Shown piece after piece: positions 1-9,791 of a stretch of 64,000 bases of DNA. Made by a program: the position numbers and the translations under genes. The notes beneath the pieces are model-generated. The model worked only from the letters and a program-made list of their open reading frames with translations. It was not told the DNA's origin and did not search any database. Source of the DNA: an uncultured delta proteobacterium (GTDB lineage: Bacteria; Myxococcota; Kuafuiibacteriia; Kuafuiibacteriales; Kuafuiibacteriaceae); contig CAWDML010000001.1 of the NCBI GenBank assembly GCA_963803435.1, positions 1,184,001-1,248,000 on the forward strand. Direction: 5' to 3'. Positions within the stretch are counted from its first letter, which is position 1, and each line of letters opens with the position of its first letter.

Positions 1-1
1 T

Positions 2-337
2 ACGATCGACGCCGATCGGCACAACGTGTTCTGCGGCCTGTCCGGCCGGATCGCGAACGTGCTGCTCTCCTATGCCGACGTCTTCCGCGACGCGGCGCGC
101 GAAGGGATCGAGGTCTGCGTCCCCTTGTCGTTGGCGCAGCTCGCCAAGCAGGTCGGGAGCGTGAAGCGCTCGATCCTTCGCGTGCTCGGTGAGTTCAAGG
201 ACCGCGGCATCCTCCACGCGGGCGCCTCCGGTCTGGTGATCTCGCACCCGGAAGCACTGGCGAGCGAGACGCTCCCGGGCGGGTTGGGCCTCCGCCATGA
301 GGCGCGCGGACCCGGGCTTCTCGGGCCGGGGATCTGA
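2..337 (+). CDS. Crp/Fnr family transcriptional regulator, C-terminal HTH part (5' truncated by window edge)
   Basis: LSGRIANVLLSYA...PLSLAQLAKQVGSVKRSILRVLGEFKDRGIL resembles a Crp-type HTH; frame open to window start. Confidence 0.7.
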   Translation, partial: TIDADRHNVFCGLSGRIANVLLSYADVFRDAAREGIEVCVPLSLAQLAKQVGSVKRSILRVLGEFKDRGILHAGASGLVISHPEALASETLPGGLGLRHEARGPGLLGPGI

Positions 338-429
338 AACCTGAGCCAGATCTCGGGTGCGTGACACCGCCACGCGCCACGTCTTCTGATCGGTCTCATT
401 CCGCCGCACGAAGTGCTTGCGGGGAGCAT

Positions 430-445
430 CGGCACGCCCGCTGCA
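430..445 (+). promoter_or_regulatory. putative sigma54 (-24/-12) promoter
   Basis: CGGCACGCCCGCTGCA has GG-N10-GC spacing and ends 12 nt before the ATG at 458. Confidence 0.5.
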
Positions 446-457
446 GCGCGGTCGGCC

Positions 458-1561
458 ATGTCGCACGCGCACGCTCCGAGGTCGGTCGCTCTCATCACCG
501 GCGGTGCCGGTTTCATCGGATCGAACCTGGCGTTCGAGCTGGCCCACCGCGGCTTGTCGGTCATGGTGTTCGACAACCTGTCCCGGGCCGGAGTGTCGAT
601 CAACGCCCGCTGGCTGCGCCGGGAGCACCCGGACCGGATCGACCTCGTTCGCGGGGAGACCGGCGACCGGGAGGCGGTGCGCGAGGCGGTTCGATGCGCC
701 AGCGTGGTCTTTCATTGCGCCGCCCAGGCGTCTTCTTCGACCAGCTTCAAGACGCCCCGCGAGGACTTCGAGAGCAACCTGATCGGGACGCTGAACGTGC
801 TCGAGGCCCTCCGCGAGCTTCCCGATCCTCCGGCGCTCGTGCACGCCTCCACCAGCAAGGTCTACGGCCGTCTCGCGGACGTCCCGGTCATGCGGATCGG
901 CGCACGACATCTCCCGATCGACGGCGAGCTGATCGCACACGGCGTCTCGGAGTCCGAGCCGCTCGACCTGCGGACGCCGTTCGGCTGCTCCAAGGGCGCG
1001 GCCGACCAGTACGTGCTGGAGTACGCGAAGAGCTACGGCATTCCTGCGGTGGTCCTGCGCATCGGCTGCGTCTACGGACCGCACCAGTTTGGGACCGAAG
1101 AGCAGGGCTGGGTGGCTCACTTCCTGGAGCAGACGGTCCGCGATCAACCGATCGTCATCTACGGAGACGGCCACCAGGTTCGCGATCTCCTCTACGTCGA
1201 CGATCTGGTGTCCGCTCTGGTGCTGGCGGCGGAGCAGATCGGCCGCACGCGTGGCCGCGCGTTCAACCTGGGCGGTGGTCCCGCCCACGCGCTCAGCCTG
1301 CTGGAGGTCGTCGATCGACTGGAGCACATCTGCGGCCACCGCCCCAAGCTGGACTTCGAGGTCTGTCGTCTGGGCGATCGGCCCTACTATGTCTCTGACT
1401 TCCGGCGTTTCACCGAAGTCACCGGATGGCGCCCGCGCATCGCGCCGGACGACGGGATCGAACGGCTCCACAGGTGGGTCCTGAACCGAAGTCAGGCGGA
1501 GGAGATCGATCCGCGCGTCCGCGAGCAGAAGAGCGAAGCGTTCGAGGGGAGCAAGGTGTAG
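458..1561 (+). CDS. NAD-dependent epimerase/dehydratase (CDP-paratose/tyvelose epimerase-like SDR)
   Basis: ITGGAGFIGSN, ASTSKVYG, PFGCSKGAADQY, QFGTEEQGWVAHF, GDGHQVRDLLYVDD; the usual catalytic Tyr of YxxxK is Phe here. Confidence 0.85.
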   Translation: MSHAHAPRSVALITGGAGFIGSNLAFELAHRGLSVMVFDNLSRAGVSINARWLRREHPDRIDLVRGETGDREAVREAVRCASVVFHCAAQASSSTSFKTPREDFESNLIGTLNVLEALRELPDPPALVHASTSKVYGRLADVPVMRIGARHLPIDGELIAHGVSESEPLDLRTPFGCSKGAADQYVLEYAKSYGIPAVVLRIGCVYGPHQFGTEEQGWVAHFLEQTVRDQPIVIYGDGHQVRDLLYVDDLVSALVLAAEQIGRTRGRAFNLGGGPAHALSLLEVVDRLEHICGHRPKLDFEVCRLGDRPYYVSDFRRFTEVTGWRPRIAPDDGIERLHRWVLNRSQAEEIDPRVREQKSEAFEGSKV

Positions 1562-1571
1562 CGCGGCCGTT

Positions 1572-2384
1572 TCAGCCCACGTTGAGGGTGACGTGCCCGC
1601 CGTTCCGCTGAAGCTCCGCCGCCATGTCGCGGCGGAACTGGGCCTGCGTCGTCGCGTTGCCGACGATGCCCATGCAGCCGATGGTGCCGGGCGTGCCGCC
1701 GTCGGGATGGATCCGGAGGTCGCCGCGCACTCGCCCGACCCTCGGGTCGTACTTGTTGCTGAGCGCGAAGCTGTAGCCGACACCGCCGACGTTCATCGAG
1801 CTGTTCCCGCGGTTCCACATGTGGGCCGAGACGGAGTACTGGCCCATCGGCAGGTTGCCGGCGCCGTGACCGCCGCTGCGATAGTTGTACGTGTGGCCGT
1901 TCACGGTGATGCGGCCTTCGATCATCTGGTTGCGCGCGCCGGAGTTCCGCACGCGGTCGACGGTCGCGTGCAGGTTCTGAGCGGGGCCGCCGGGTCCGTC
2001 GACCGCGCCGAGCTGCGGTGCGCCGCTGGGAGCATCGCTGCCGTTCCAACCGCCCGCAACGCTGCGCTGGTTCGAGAAGCAGCCGCCGCCCATCCGCCCG
2101 CGATCGGAGCCGCCCGCGCGGTTGCTGTTGTTGTTGAGCATCGACATGAGCGCGAGCTGGATCAGCGTCGCGGGATCGAGCTGCATGAGCAGCGCGGCGA
2201 GCATCTGGACCTGCATCAGCTGCAGATAGTCTTGTGCCCCGCCTTGCCCGCTTCCGGCGCCCTGGAAGATGTCACCGGTCTGGAGGAACGATCCGAGATC
2301 GACGGGAAGATAGCCGCCACTCTGGAACGCAGAGCCCTGGAGGAAGCTGGGCTGGGACGAGAACGCCGGGTTGAACCTGAGCAA
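1572..2384 (-). CDS. Putative secreted protein with C-terminal L,D-transpeptidase-like (Tlde1/DUF2778-like) domain
   Basis: C-terminal LRIHPDGGTPGTIGCMG (His...Cys motif) and GNLPMGQY; low-complexity Gly/Gln/Ser-rich N-terminus; TTG start 7 nt after AGGAGG. Confidence 0.6.
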   Translation of the reverse strand: MLRFNPAFSSQPSFLQGSAFQSGGYLPVDLGSFLQTGDIFQGAGSGQGGAQDYLQLMQVQMLAALLMQLDPATLIQLALMSMLNNNSNRAGGSDRGRMGGGCFSNQRSVAGGWNGSDAPSGAPQLGAVDGPGGPAQNLHATVDRVRNSGARNQMIEGRITVNGHTYNYRSGGHGAGNLPMGQYSVSAHMWNRGNSSMNVGGVGYSFALSNKYDPRVGRVRGDLRIHPDGGTPGTIGCMGIVGNATTQAQFRRDMAAELQRNGGHVTLNVG

Positions 2385-2577
2385 TTGTGGACCTCCTGTC
2401 GTGGTTGCTCGATCGGGATTGTCGCGAAGGTCGGGTGTGAATGGCAAGTCCACAGGGCGACGGTGGGATGTCCGATCAGCTGGACCGAGACTCAGCGGAG
2501 GTCCTGACGTGGTGAGCGATCGTCGGCGCGCGCTCCAATCGAACGGTCCCGCAGTCGGTGTGACCCTGATCCGCTCA

Positions 2578-3600
2578 TCATCGTGCGGTGACCCATAGCT
2601 CGCGACAGCTGACGCCCAGGGTGGCGACCACTCCGCCGCAGCAGGTCGCGCCCCGGAGCCGCGCGGCCGCGCGATCGGTCGGACAGGGTAGATCGAACGG
2701 CTCCCCGCCGGTCCCACCGGCCTGAAGCGGCACCAGCGTGCGGCTTCCGAGCACCTCACGGATGGCGAAGCGCGGCGGATCGCTGGACCCGGCCAGATCC
2801 ACCACCTCGAAGTGCGCGCACGAGAACGAGATCTGATCGACGAGATCGCCGGAGCGGCCGGAGAGGCCCACCACGATCTCTCCGGCGGGACAGCGCGCGT
2901 CGTACGGCTCGCCGCCCGTCCCACCCCGCGGCGGGGCATCGGTCCCCGGCGTGAGGACGAGCGAATACGTGTATGGAGTGGTGGTGGTGTCCTCGAGGAT
3001 CGAGGGGGTCGCGCAGTGCTCTCCGATCTGATCGAGGTACAGGCCGGAGCGGCCGACGAGGCCGACGATCACCTGACTCGCCCCGCAACCTTCGGCTCCC
3101 CAGGCGTCGAGATAGCTCCAGCCGGTAGTCGCCGTCTCGTACGGCTCGACGAGCTCGACGGCGCCCGAGGGACAGCCGTCGTCGGGGCCGAGCGCGCAGC
3201 TCTCGTCAATCCCGTCGCACCGCTCGACCTCCGGAAGGATCTCGCCCTCGCAGGGGCCGAAGCGATCCCCGACGCAGGCCGCCAACCCCACCTGGCAGAT
3301 GCCGACGCCCGCCGTGCTCATGGGACCGGCGTAGCAGGTCTTTACTTCGTTCGGCTTGCAGGCTTGGGGTCCGCTGTCGGGCGCCTCCAGACCCGCGTCG
3401 AGCAGGGCGGCGTCCACCGTCGAGCCCGAATCCCTCTCGCCACCGTCGTCGGGAGCGATCGACGAGCGGCATCGACCATCCCGGCAGTGGAGACCGGCCG
3501 GGCACGGCGAAGAGGCGTTACAGAGGCGACCCTCGTAGTCGGGCTCCGGGGCACACCCCGCGATCACGAGAAACGCGAGCGCTCTGAAGGCCGCTCCCAC
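2578..3600 (-). CDS. Cys-rich lipoprotein with jacalin-like (beta-prism) lectin repeats
   Basis: Lipobox IAGC; myxobacterial Cys-rich motif GICQVG...C...EVERCDGIDESC; repeats VIVGLVGRSGLYLDQI / IVVGLSGRSGDLVDQI and GGTGGEP twice. Confidence 0.6.
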   Translation of the reverse strand: MGAAFRALAFLVIAGCAPEPDYEGRLCNASSPCPAGLHCRDGRCRSSIAPDDGGERDSGSTVDAALLDAGLEAPDSGPQACKPNEVKTCYAGPMSTAGVGICQVGLAACVGDRFGPCEGEILPEVERCDGIDESCALGPDDGCPSGAVELVEPYETATTGWSYLDAWGAEGCGASQVIVGLVGRSGLYLDQIGEHCATPSILEDTTTTPYTYSLVLTPGTDAPPRGGTGGEPYDARCPAGEIVVGLSGRSGDLVDQISFSCAHFEVVDLAGSSDPPRFAIREVLGSRTLVPLQAGGTGGEPFDLPCPTDRAAARLRGATCCGGVVATLGVSCRELWVTAR

Positions 3601-3812
3601 CGACCGGTGAGCCTAGCATCATTCCTCGCCTTGAGCGCATCGGATTGGGAGTGTCGCTCCGTCGCCTGCCCGCTGAGCGGTGTCACCGATCGAGAGCTCG
3701 CGGAGTCTTCTCATGCGGACTGATCGACTCCACGGGTACGTCTACCTCGGCTTGACCGAGGTCGGGCCGGCCACACCGATTCATCCCGATCCGCCTCTTT
3801 TCGCCGAGGCCG

Positions 3813-5096
3813 CTACCGCGGGCGCACCACCGTGACGGGCGTCGGTCCCCCGATCTCGGCGCGCTTGGTGGGGCTGATCGGCGCGAAGGCCGCGCCGCCC
3901 TGAAAGACACCGCCCAGATCGAGGTTCTCGACGCTGAGACCGAGGACGTCACAGGTGCGATCGCCGTGCGTCCAGCGGAAGAGCGAGCCCACGTCGGAGG
4001 CCACCACGAAGCCGTCCGGGAACGGGACGATGGTGTTGGCGTTCTCCATGTGGGTCGCCACCAGCGGCACGAGCTGGTGCCCATCGAGCCGAAAGATCTG
4101 ACCGCTGAACGCTCCGACCAGGATCCCGAGGCCAGGGACGAAGCGCACCGCGCCCCCGAGATCGTCGGGGATCGGGATCTCCTCGAAGCTCTGTCCGTCC
4201 CATCGCCCGACGACTGGTGATTGGATCGTGGTGAAGTACACCGCGCCTGAGTAGATGAGCGTGCCCTGCTCAGCGTCATGATCATTCGGGAGCTGATGGA
4301 GCACACGCCCGTCGGTGACGTCGATCAGCTGGGACGATCGGCTCATCCCCAGCACCCCGTCCCCGTACGGGTTCGGGATCAACCACCGCAGCCCGATGAT
4401 CGGCGAGCCCACCTGAGGGAGCAGCTCGACCCGATCGTTCTCGATCGAACCCGCCATGACGGCGCCGGTACTGGTCACGACCCAGAGCCGGTCGCCGTCG
4501 AGCGTGGCGGTCTGAGCACCGACAGGAGGGACGACCTCGATGGGCGTGCTGGTGCTGCCGCGGAGGCGAAAGAGCCCCGGCGCTTGAAACGCCACCGCGT
4601 AGACGTCCCCAGCGTCGCCTTCGAGGAGCTCGGCGATCGCGCTCTCCGTCTGCAGGCTGATGGTCTCGCTCTCGACCCGACACGGATCGGGGCGCGGATC
4701 CTGGTAGAGGAAAGCGTCGATCTCTGCGCTGGTTCGACCGGTCTTCTCCCAATCGGCGCCTCCGAGCAGCGGCAGCGTGTAGATCGATTCGGCCTTCGGG
4801 AGCGGATCCATTCCGGTGCCCGGGAGCAGCCGACCCTCGGCGGGAAACAGCGCCTCGACAGGCTCGGAGAAGAGAAGGAGCTCGAGCGAGGCCGATCGGT
4901 CTGCAGTCCAGATCGGAGGTCGGATTGGGTCCATCATAGGAAGCGCGTAGACGAAGGCATCGACCTTGTGGTCGTGATGACCGACGAGGAGCGCAGTGGC
5001 GTCCGGGGTCTCAGGAATCCCGTGGATGTAGACCACTTCGCCCTCGGCGCACGACGTCACCAGCAGAAGCGTACCGACCAAGAACCTCCCCGACAC
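3813..5096 (-). CDS. Hypothetical lipoprotein, likely beta-propeller
   Basis: Lipobox LLVTSC; beta-strand-rich repeats; GTG start 6 nt after TATCAT. Confidence 0.55.
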   Translation of the reverse strand: MSGRFLVGTLLLVTSCAEGEVVYIHGIPETPDATALLVGHHDHKVDAFVYALPMMDPIRPPIWTADRSASLELLLFSEPVEALFPAEGRLLPGTGMDPLPKAESIYTLPLLGGADWEKTGRTSAEIDAFLYQDPRPDPCRVESETISLQTESAIAELLEGDAGDVYAVAFQAPGLFRLRGSTSTPIEVVPPVGAQTATLDGDRLWVVTSTGAVMAGSIENDRVELLPQVGSPIIGLRWLIPNPYGDGVLGMSRSSQLIDVTDGRVLHQLPNDHDAEQGTLIYSGAVYFTTIQSPVVGRWDGQSFEEIPIPDDLGGAVRFVPGLGILVGAFSGQIFRLDGHQLVPLVATHMENANTIVPFPDGFVVASDVGSLFRWTHGDRTCDVLGLSVENLDLGGVFQGGAAFAPISPTKRAEIGGPTPVTVVRPR

Positions 5097-5243
5097 GTGC
5101 CGATGATACACGCGCGCTTCCAAACAACGTCTGGGATCGTCGCCGCGCGGACGCCCACCGACCTCGGGCAAGCGGGCGAGTCGGTCAGCAGTGGATCGGC
5201 ACCTTCCGGGCGCGCCTCTGCGGCCTTCGCCACGGTTTCTTCG

Positions 5244-6539
5244 TCATCTGCGGTGCTTCTCCATCAAGAACGGAACCACGGCGTTTTGCGGCACTCGGTG
5301 CTGCTCGGAAGTCTTGAGGTTCTTGAGGAGGACCTCTCCGGTCGCTTGCTCCTCCTTCGCCACCACCACCACCCAGGTCACGCCCGAACGGTCCGCGTGC
5401 TTCAGCCCGTCCCTCATCCGGAGATCGTCGAGCGCGGGGGCGGTGCGGATGTCGGCCGCCCGCAGCGCACGAGAGAGCTCGCGAACCTGCGCACGAAACT
5501 GCGGTTCGGTCCCGAACACCAGCACGTCGGGCCCCAGGTCCGCCTTCGGGAGAAGGCCGTGCTCCTCGAGGAAGTTCCAGGTGGTCACGTCCCCCATGCC
5601 GAACCCGATCCCCGGGATGCGCTTGTCGCTGAACAAGCTGACGAGGTTGTCGTAGCGGCCGCCGCCGAAGATCGATCTTCGGTTCGTCGGCGACTCGTCG
5701 AACACCTCGAAGACCGTGGACGTGTAGTAGTTGAGTGCGCGAATGATCATCGGATCGAACCTGACCGGCGCGGAAGAGAGCTGCTCGCGAATGATCGGCA
5801 CGATGTGCGAGCGCTCCACCGCCTCAGGCCCTGCAGCCCGACAGTAGGCGTCGAGGTCCATCACGACGAGATCCTGGAGCTTGCTCCGCTGGGTCGCGTC
5901 CAGCCCACACTTCTCCATCGCCTCGCTTCGCGCGTCGGCGTCCACCTTCTCCCAGCGATCGATCACCATGCCGACATCGACGAGCCGATCCACCGGTACG
6001 CCGACGAAACACTGGAGCGCCCCTTCGACCAGGATCCGGTCGTTCACCCGCAGCAGGTAGTCACTCCCGGACGCTCCCAGCGCCGCGAGCAATGCGCCGG
6101 TCAGGTCGAAGATCTCGATCTCGGCCTCCACACCCTCCGATCCGAAAATGTCGACGTTGAGCTGCCAGTGCTCTCGCACTCGACCACGCTGCGGGCGCTC
6201 GTAGCGGTGGCAGTTGACGTGTGAGTACCAGCGCGCGGGAAGCGCGATGTCGTGCACATGGCCAGCGATGATTCGCGCCACCGAAGGCGTCATCTCGGGG
6301 CGAAGCGCCAGCGCTCGACCGCCGCGGTCGGTGAGACGGTACAGTTGCTGGTTCGCGATCTCCTCTCCGGACTTCGCCTCGTAGATGGCTGCAGGCTCGA
6401 GGATGGGACCGTCGTAGCGCCGAAAGCCGAAGAGCTCCACGCATCGAAACAGCTTCTGGAAGATCTGCGTCCGGACCGACATCTCCTCTGGGAGGAAGTC
6501 TCGAGTTCCCTTGTAAGGCTGGGTGGGTAGCTTCGACAT
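5244..6539 (-). CDS. hisS: Histidine--tRNA ligase
   Basis: KGTRDFLP, LALRPEMTPS, RYERPQRGRVREHWQ, IRALNYYT, GGGRYDNL, GIGFGMG. Confidence 0.97.
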   Translation of the reverse strand: MSKLPTQPYKGTRDFLPEEMSVRTQIFQKLFRCVELFGFRRYDGPILEPAAIYEAKSGEEIANQQLYRLTDRGGRALALRPEMTPSVARIIAGHVHDIALPARWYSHVNCHRYERPQRGRVREHWQLNVDIFGSEGVEAEIEIFDLTGALLAALGASGSDYLLRVNDRILVEGALQCFVGVPVDRLVDVGMVIDRWEKVDADARSEAMEKCGLDATQRSKLQDLVVMDLDAYCRAAGPEAVERSHIVPIIREQLSSAPVRFDPMIIRALNYYTSTVFEVFDESPTNRRSIFGGGRYDNLVSLFSDKRIPGIGFGMGDVTTWNFLEEHGLLPKADLGPDVLVFGTEPQFRAQVRELSRALRAADIRTAPALDDLRMRDGLKHADRSGVTWVVVVAKEEQATGEVLLKNLKTSEQHRVPQNAVVPFLMEKHRR

Positions 6540-6762
6540 GAGGGCCTCAGTCTACCCGTCCGCCGTTGGCTCGACTGCCATGAAATAGCCAGTGAGCGTC
6601 GAAAAGTGGTCGCGCTCTCCGAGCAGCTCGAGGCCTTGCCCTTCACCTCGCGGATCTGGAGCTGCGCGGCGCCCCCGACGCGTAGACCGGATCAGGAGCC
6701 CCGCGCCCCACGCTCCACGCCCAAACCGTCACACCGTGACGCGACTCCTCGAACGACGCTCT

Positions 6763-7062
6763 TCACTGCTTTTCCTGGATCGCGCTCACCAGCTCGCTCT
6801 TCTTCATGCGGCTGCGGCCCGGGATTCCGAGCTTCTTCGCCTCGTTGTAGAGCTCGTCGCGGGTGCGCTCGGACATCGGCTTGCCCGGCTTACCGGTGCC
6901 CTGGGTCCTCTTGTTGGGCGTGCGGCCCTCCTGCCGCCGGCCCTTGTTGACCGTGCGAGCCGCAATCTCTTTGGCGCGCTTCGTCGACGAGCCCCGCTGT
7001 TTGGCGCTGCTCTTGATGTGCTCGTACTTTCGTTCGTCCTTGTTGCTCCATCCACGTGGCAT
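6763..7062 (-). CDS. Small basic stress-type protein with Rho-N-like C-terminal domain
   Basis: ERKYEHIKSS...AKEIAARTVNK and TRDELYNEAKKLGIPGRSRMKKSELVSAI; AGGAGG RBS. Confidence 0.8.
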   Translation of the reverse strand: MPRGWSNKDERKYEHIKSSAKQRGSSTKRAKEIAARTVNKGRRQEGRTPNKRTQGTGKPGKPMSERTRDELYNEAKKLGIPGRSRMKKSELVSAIQEKQ

Positions 7063-7088
7063 GACTCGCCTCCTCGAAGCGAGGACGG

Positions 7089-7104
7089 TGCACGCGACAT
7101 GCCA
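7089..7104 (-). promoter_or_regulatory. putative sigma54 promoter
   Basis: Minus-strand TGGCATGTCGCGTGCA (GG-N10-GC) upstream of the RBS of 6763-7062. Confidence 0.6.
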
Positions 7105-7116
7105 GAGGGGTGCTCG

Positions 7117-8436
7117 CTAGAGCGCCGCCAGCGCGGCCTCGAGGGCCGGCGCCGTCTCCCGGCCCACGGACACCGAGACCTCGTACGCGAACTCGGGGTC
7201 GTCGTACTGCGCCGGATCGAGGATGTAGCCCAGCTCGTCGTTGCCGAGCCCGATCACGAGCGGGTGGCGCGCGCCGGCCTCGGCCAGACCCTGCTTGATC
7301 CGCTGGCCGACCATCGGCGTCGGCTCACCCGGCACCAGCGCCCACTTGGCGGGGCCTAGATCGATGCGCGCAACCTCGGTGATGAAGCCGCCCTTCGTGC
7401 CACGGGGGTGCGGCTCGATGAGACCGATCCGCTCCATCAGCTGGAACAGCTCGTTGTCGGTGACCAGCTCGACGGGTGCGCTCCGAAAGCCCACCTGCCT
7501 CACGTCGGCCGGTTCGGCGTGCTCCAGCGCGGACAGCGCGACCTCCGCCAGGCGCCGGCCCATCTCGTCGACGAACGTGGACCGCTCGGAGACCGAGGCG
7601 CCCTCGTCGACGTCGGCGGTGACCATCCCTCCCAGCGAGCCGTTGGCGAAGACAGCGGTCCCGCCGCGCGCCGCCTCGATCTGCGTCCGCATCGCTCCGG
7701 GAAAGTCGGCCGAGAGCAGGCGAGCGCGATCTCCAGGGTCTCGGCGTGGCAGCCGAAGTTCACCAGCTCGGCGATCGTGCGACCGTCGTGCGTCCTCGCC
7801 TCCATCACCTCGATCGCGCGATCGTAGACGCCGGGGTTGCGGAGATTCTCGACCAGCCCGTCCGGGATCTCGCCGCGTCCGAACCACAGGCGGGCCGGCT
7901 CGGCGCGCTCGGCGGCGCGCATCACGCTGGCGGCGAGCCTCCGCTCCAGGACGCGCTGGTATCCAGGATCGATGCCGCTCTCGATCGGGAAGGCGTAGAG
8001 CAAGGCCTGGCCCCAATAACCCATCGTGTCCGGGCTCTGGTGGTTGTGCGTCGACGCAACCGCGACGTGGATCCCGTTGCCCACGAGCCGCCGCACGCGC
8101 TCGACGGTCGGATAGATGAGACCGATGACGTCGGCCATCACGAGCGCGACGCGATGCGTCCCGTCGTCGAAGAAGAGGCAGCGCGCAGAGATCGGGTCGC
8201 GGACGCGCTCCATCTTGCGCTGGAACCCGAAGCCCGCCAGCCAGACCTCCGAGCCGGGCGGCGGGGTCAGAATCGATCGAGGCGGCGCCGCACCGAAGGC
8301 CGGGGCCGGAGCGCCGGGGGATCGGCCCGATCGGGTACGCGGGGTGGGCCACCCGCGGAGGCGGCCGCGTGGGGAGCAGGCACCCGGAGACCCCCGCGAC
8401 GCCCGAGAGCAGGACCTGGCGCCTCGAGAGCTTCAT
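7117..8436 (-). CDS. Neutral/alkaline ceramidase-like Tat-exported lipoprotein (two apparent frameshifts, near 8271 and 7733)
   Basis: Tat signal MKLSRRQVLL...SGC; WLAGFG, DPISAR, STHNHQSPD, NFGCHAE, PGEP, GLGNDELGYI spread over frames. Confidence 0.75.
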   Translation of the reverse strand: MKLSRRQVLLSGVAGVSGCLLPTRPPPRVAHPAYPIGPIPRRSGPGLRCGAASIDSDPAARLGGLAGGLRVPAQDGARPRPDLCALPLLRRRDASRRARDGRRHRSHLSDRRARAAARGQRDPRRGCVDAQPPEPGHDGLLGPGLALRLPDRERHRSWIPARPGAEARRQRDARRRARRAGPPVVRTRRDPGRAGRESPQPRRLRSRDRGDGGEDARRSHDRRAGELRLPRRDPGDRARLLSADFPGAMRTQIEAARGGTAVFANGSLGGMVTADVDEGASVSERSTFVDEMGRRLAEVALSALEHAEPADVRQVGFRSAPVELVTDNELFQLMERIGLIEPHPRGTKGGFITEVARIDLGPAKWALVPGEPTPMVGQRIKQGLAEAGARHPLVIGLGNDELGYILDPAQYDDPEFAYEVSVSVGRETAPALEAALAAL

Positions 8437-9749
8437 TCGAGCGAATACCTCCGGAAGACGAACAGGCCGCCGAGCAGGCCGGTGGCGCCGATCAGCCCCA
8501 CCAGGCGCAGGCCCAGCGGGTGCGATCGGCTCTGCCCGAACCACTGGAACAGATAGCCGACAGCGCCGGTGGCCACCGCCTCGCCGAGCTTCTCCACCAC
8601 GCCCGACATCCCGGTGTACATCGCCTCGCGCCGGAGCCCGGTCCGCTTCTCGTCGTGATCGATCACGTCGGCGAGGAGCGGACGCGGCAGCACGAAGAGC
8701 GTCGCCGTCGAGAACCCGGCCATGAAGAAGAGGATGACGCCGTGAACGAGCGGCGGCAGGGGCCCGAGCCCGATCGTCCCCATCAAGGGCAGCGTGACCA
8801 CGTAGCCGAGCGCGCCCCAGCGGATCACCTGCGCCTTGCCACGCCGATTGGCGAGGCCTTGGACCAGCGGGAACGCCAGCGTCGCCACCACGATGATCAC
8901 CGCGAGCATCAGCGAGGCGGTCGAGGCCGAGACCCGCATCAGCTCGGTACCGAGGTAGGGGACGGCGAGCACCGCGGAGAACGAGGCGAGGCGAAGCGCG
9001 AAGATCATCGCGCCGTAGCGGAGGAACGCTTGGTTGGACAGCGAGACCGCGACCGCTTCGCGGAAGCCGAACGAGGCTCTACCCTGCCCATCCTCCTGCG
9101 GCGGCTCGCGCACCAGCAGGAGCACCGGCAGCACCGAGATGAACGCGGCCGCCGCCGCCACCACCGCCAGGAGCTCGAAGCCGTTCGCCAGCGCGATCCC
9201 CAGCACCGTCATCGCGCCCATCCCGATCATCGGCGCGGCCACCACCGATCCTGAGACGTTGGAGGCGACCTCGAACACCGACATCCACATCGAGAGCCGG
9301 ACCCGTTGCGGTGCGTCGCGCGCGATCTCGGGGTGCAGGGCCGAATACGGCGCGAACACGCAGGTGTACGCGGCGTAGAAGACCATCAGCGAGATCGCGA
9401 GCTGCACCACCACCTTGGGGTCGTCGACCGGGAGCCCCGAGGGCGGGAAGAACAACATCACGAAGCTGACGCAGAGAAACGGGAGCCCGAGCGCGATCCA
9501 GGGGAGGCGCCGGCCGAAGCGCGAGCGGGTCCGATCGCTGAGGTGCCCCACCAGCGGCTCGATGAAGGCGCCAGCGCCGCGCTCGACGAGGCGGATCGTC
9601 CCGATCATTGCCGCGCTCAGCAGGATCACGCCCTCGCCCTCGGGCGGGTTGTAGAAGTACATCAGCCAGGAGCCGACGATCAGCGGCAACAACCCCTGGC
9701 CGAACGCCCCCACGGCATACGCCAACACCACCCGCCAGCGGAGGACCAC
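8433..9749 (-). CDS. MFS transporter, GPH/MelB family
   Basis: PLVGHLSDRTRSRFGRRLPW, PYSALHPEI, ADVIDHDEKRTGLRREAMY; many TM helices. Confidence 0.9.
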   Translation of the reverse strand: MVLRWRVVLAYAVGAFGQGLLPLIVGSWLMYFYNPPEGEGVILLSAAMIGTIRLVERGAGAFIEPLVGHLSDRTRSRFGRRLPWIALGLPFLCVSFVMLFFPPSGLPVDDPKVVVQLAISLMVFYAAYTCVFAPYSALHPEIARDAPQRVRLSMWMSVFEVASNVSGSVVAAPMIGMGAMTVLGIALANGFELLAVVAAAAAFISVLPVLLLVREPPQEDGQGRASFGFREAVAVSLSNQAFLRYGAMIFALRLASFSAVLAVPYLGTELMRVSASTASLMLAVIIVVATLAFPLVQGLANRRGKAQVIRWGALGYVVTLPLMGTIGLGPLPPLVHGVILFFMAGFSTATLFVLPRPLLADVIDHDEKRTGLRREAMYTGMSGVVEKLGEAVATGAVGYLFQWFGQSRSHPLGLRLVGLIGATGLLGGLFVFRRYSLE

Positions 9750-9791
9750 GGCGTGCGACGAAAGCAGGTCCCGGCTATGATGGCAATCCGC

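Noticed and set aside
7117-8436. Programmed frameshifting or true pseudogenes in the ceramidase, primase-polymerase and lipase genes
   Set aside because: No slippery sites; the shared AGAATCG context points to sequencing error
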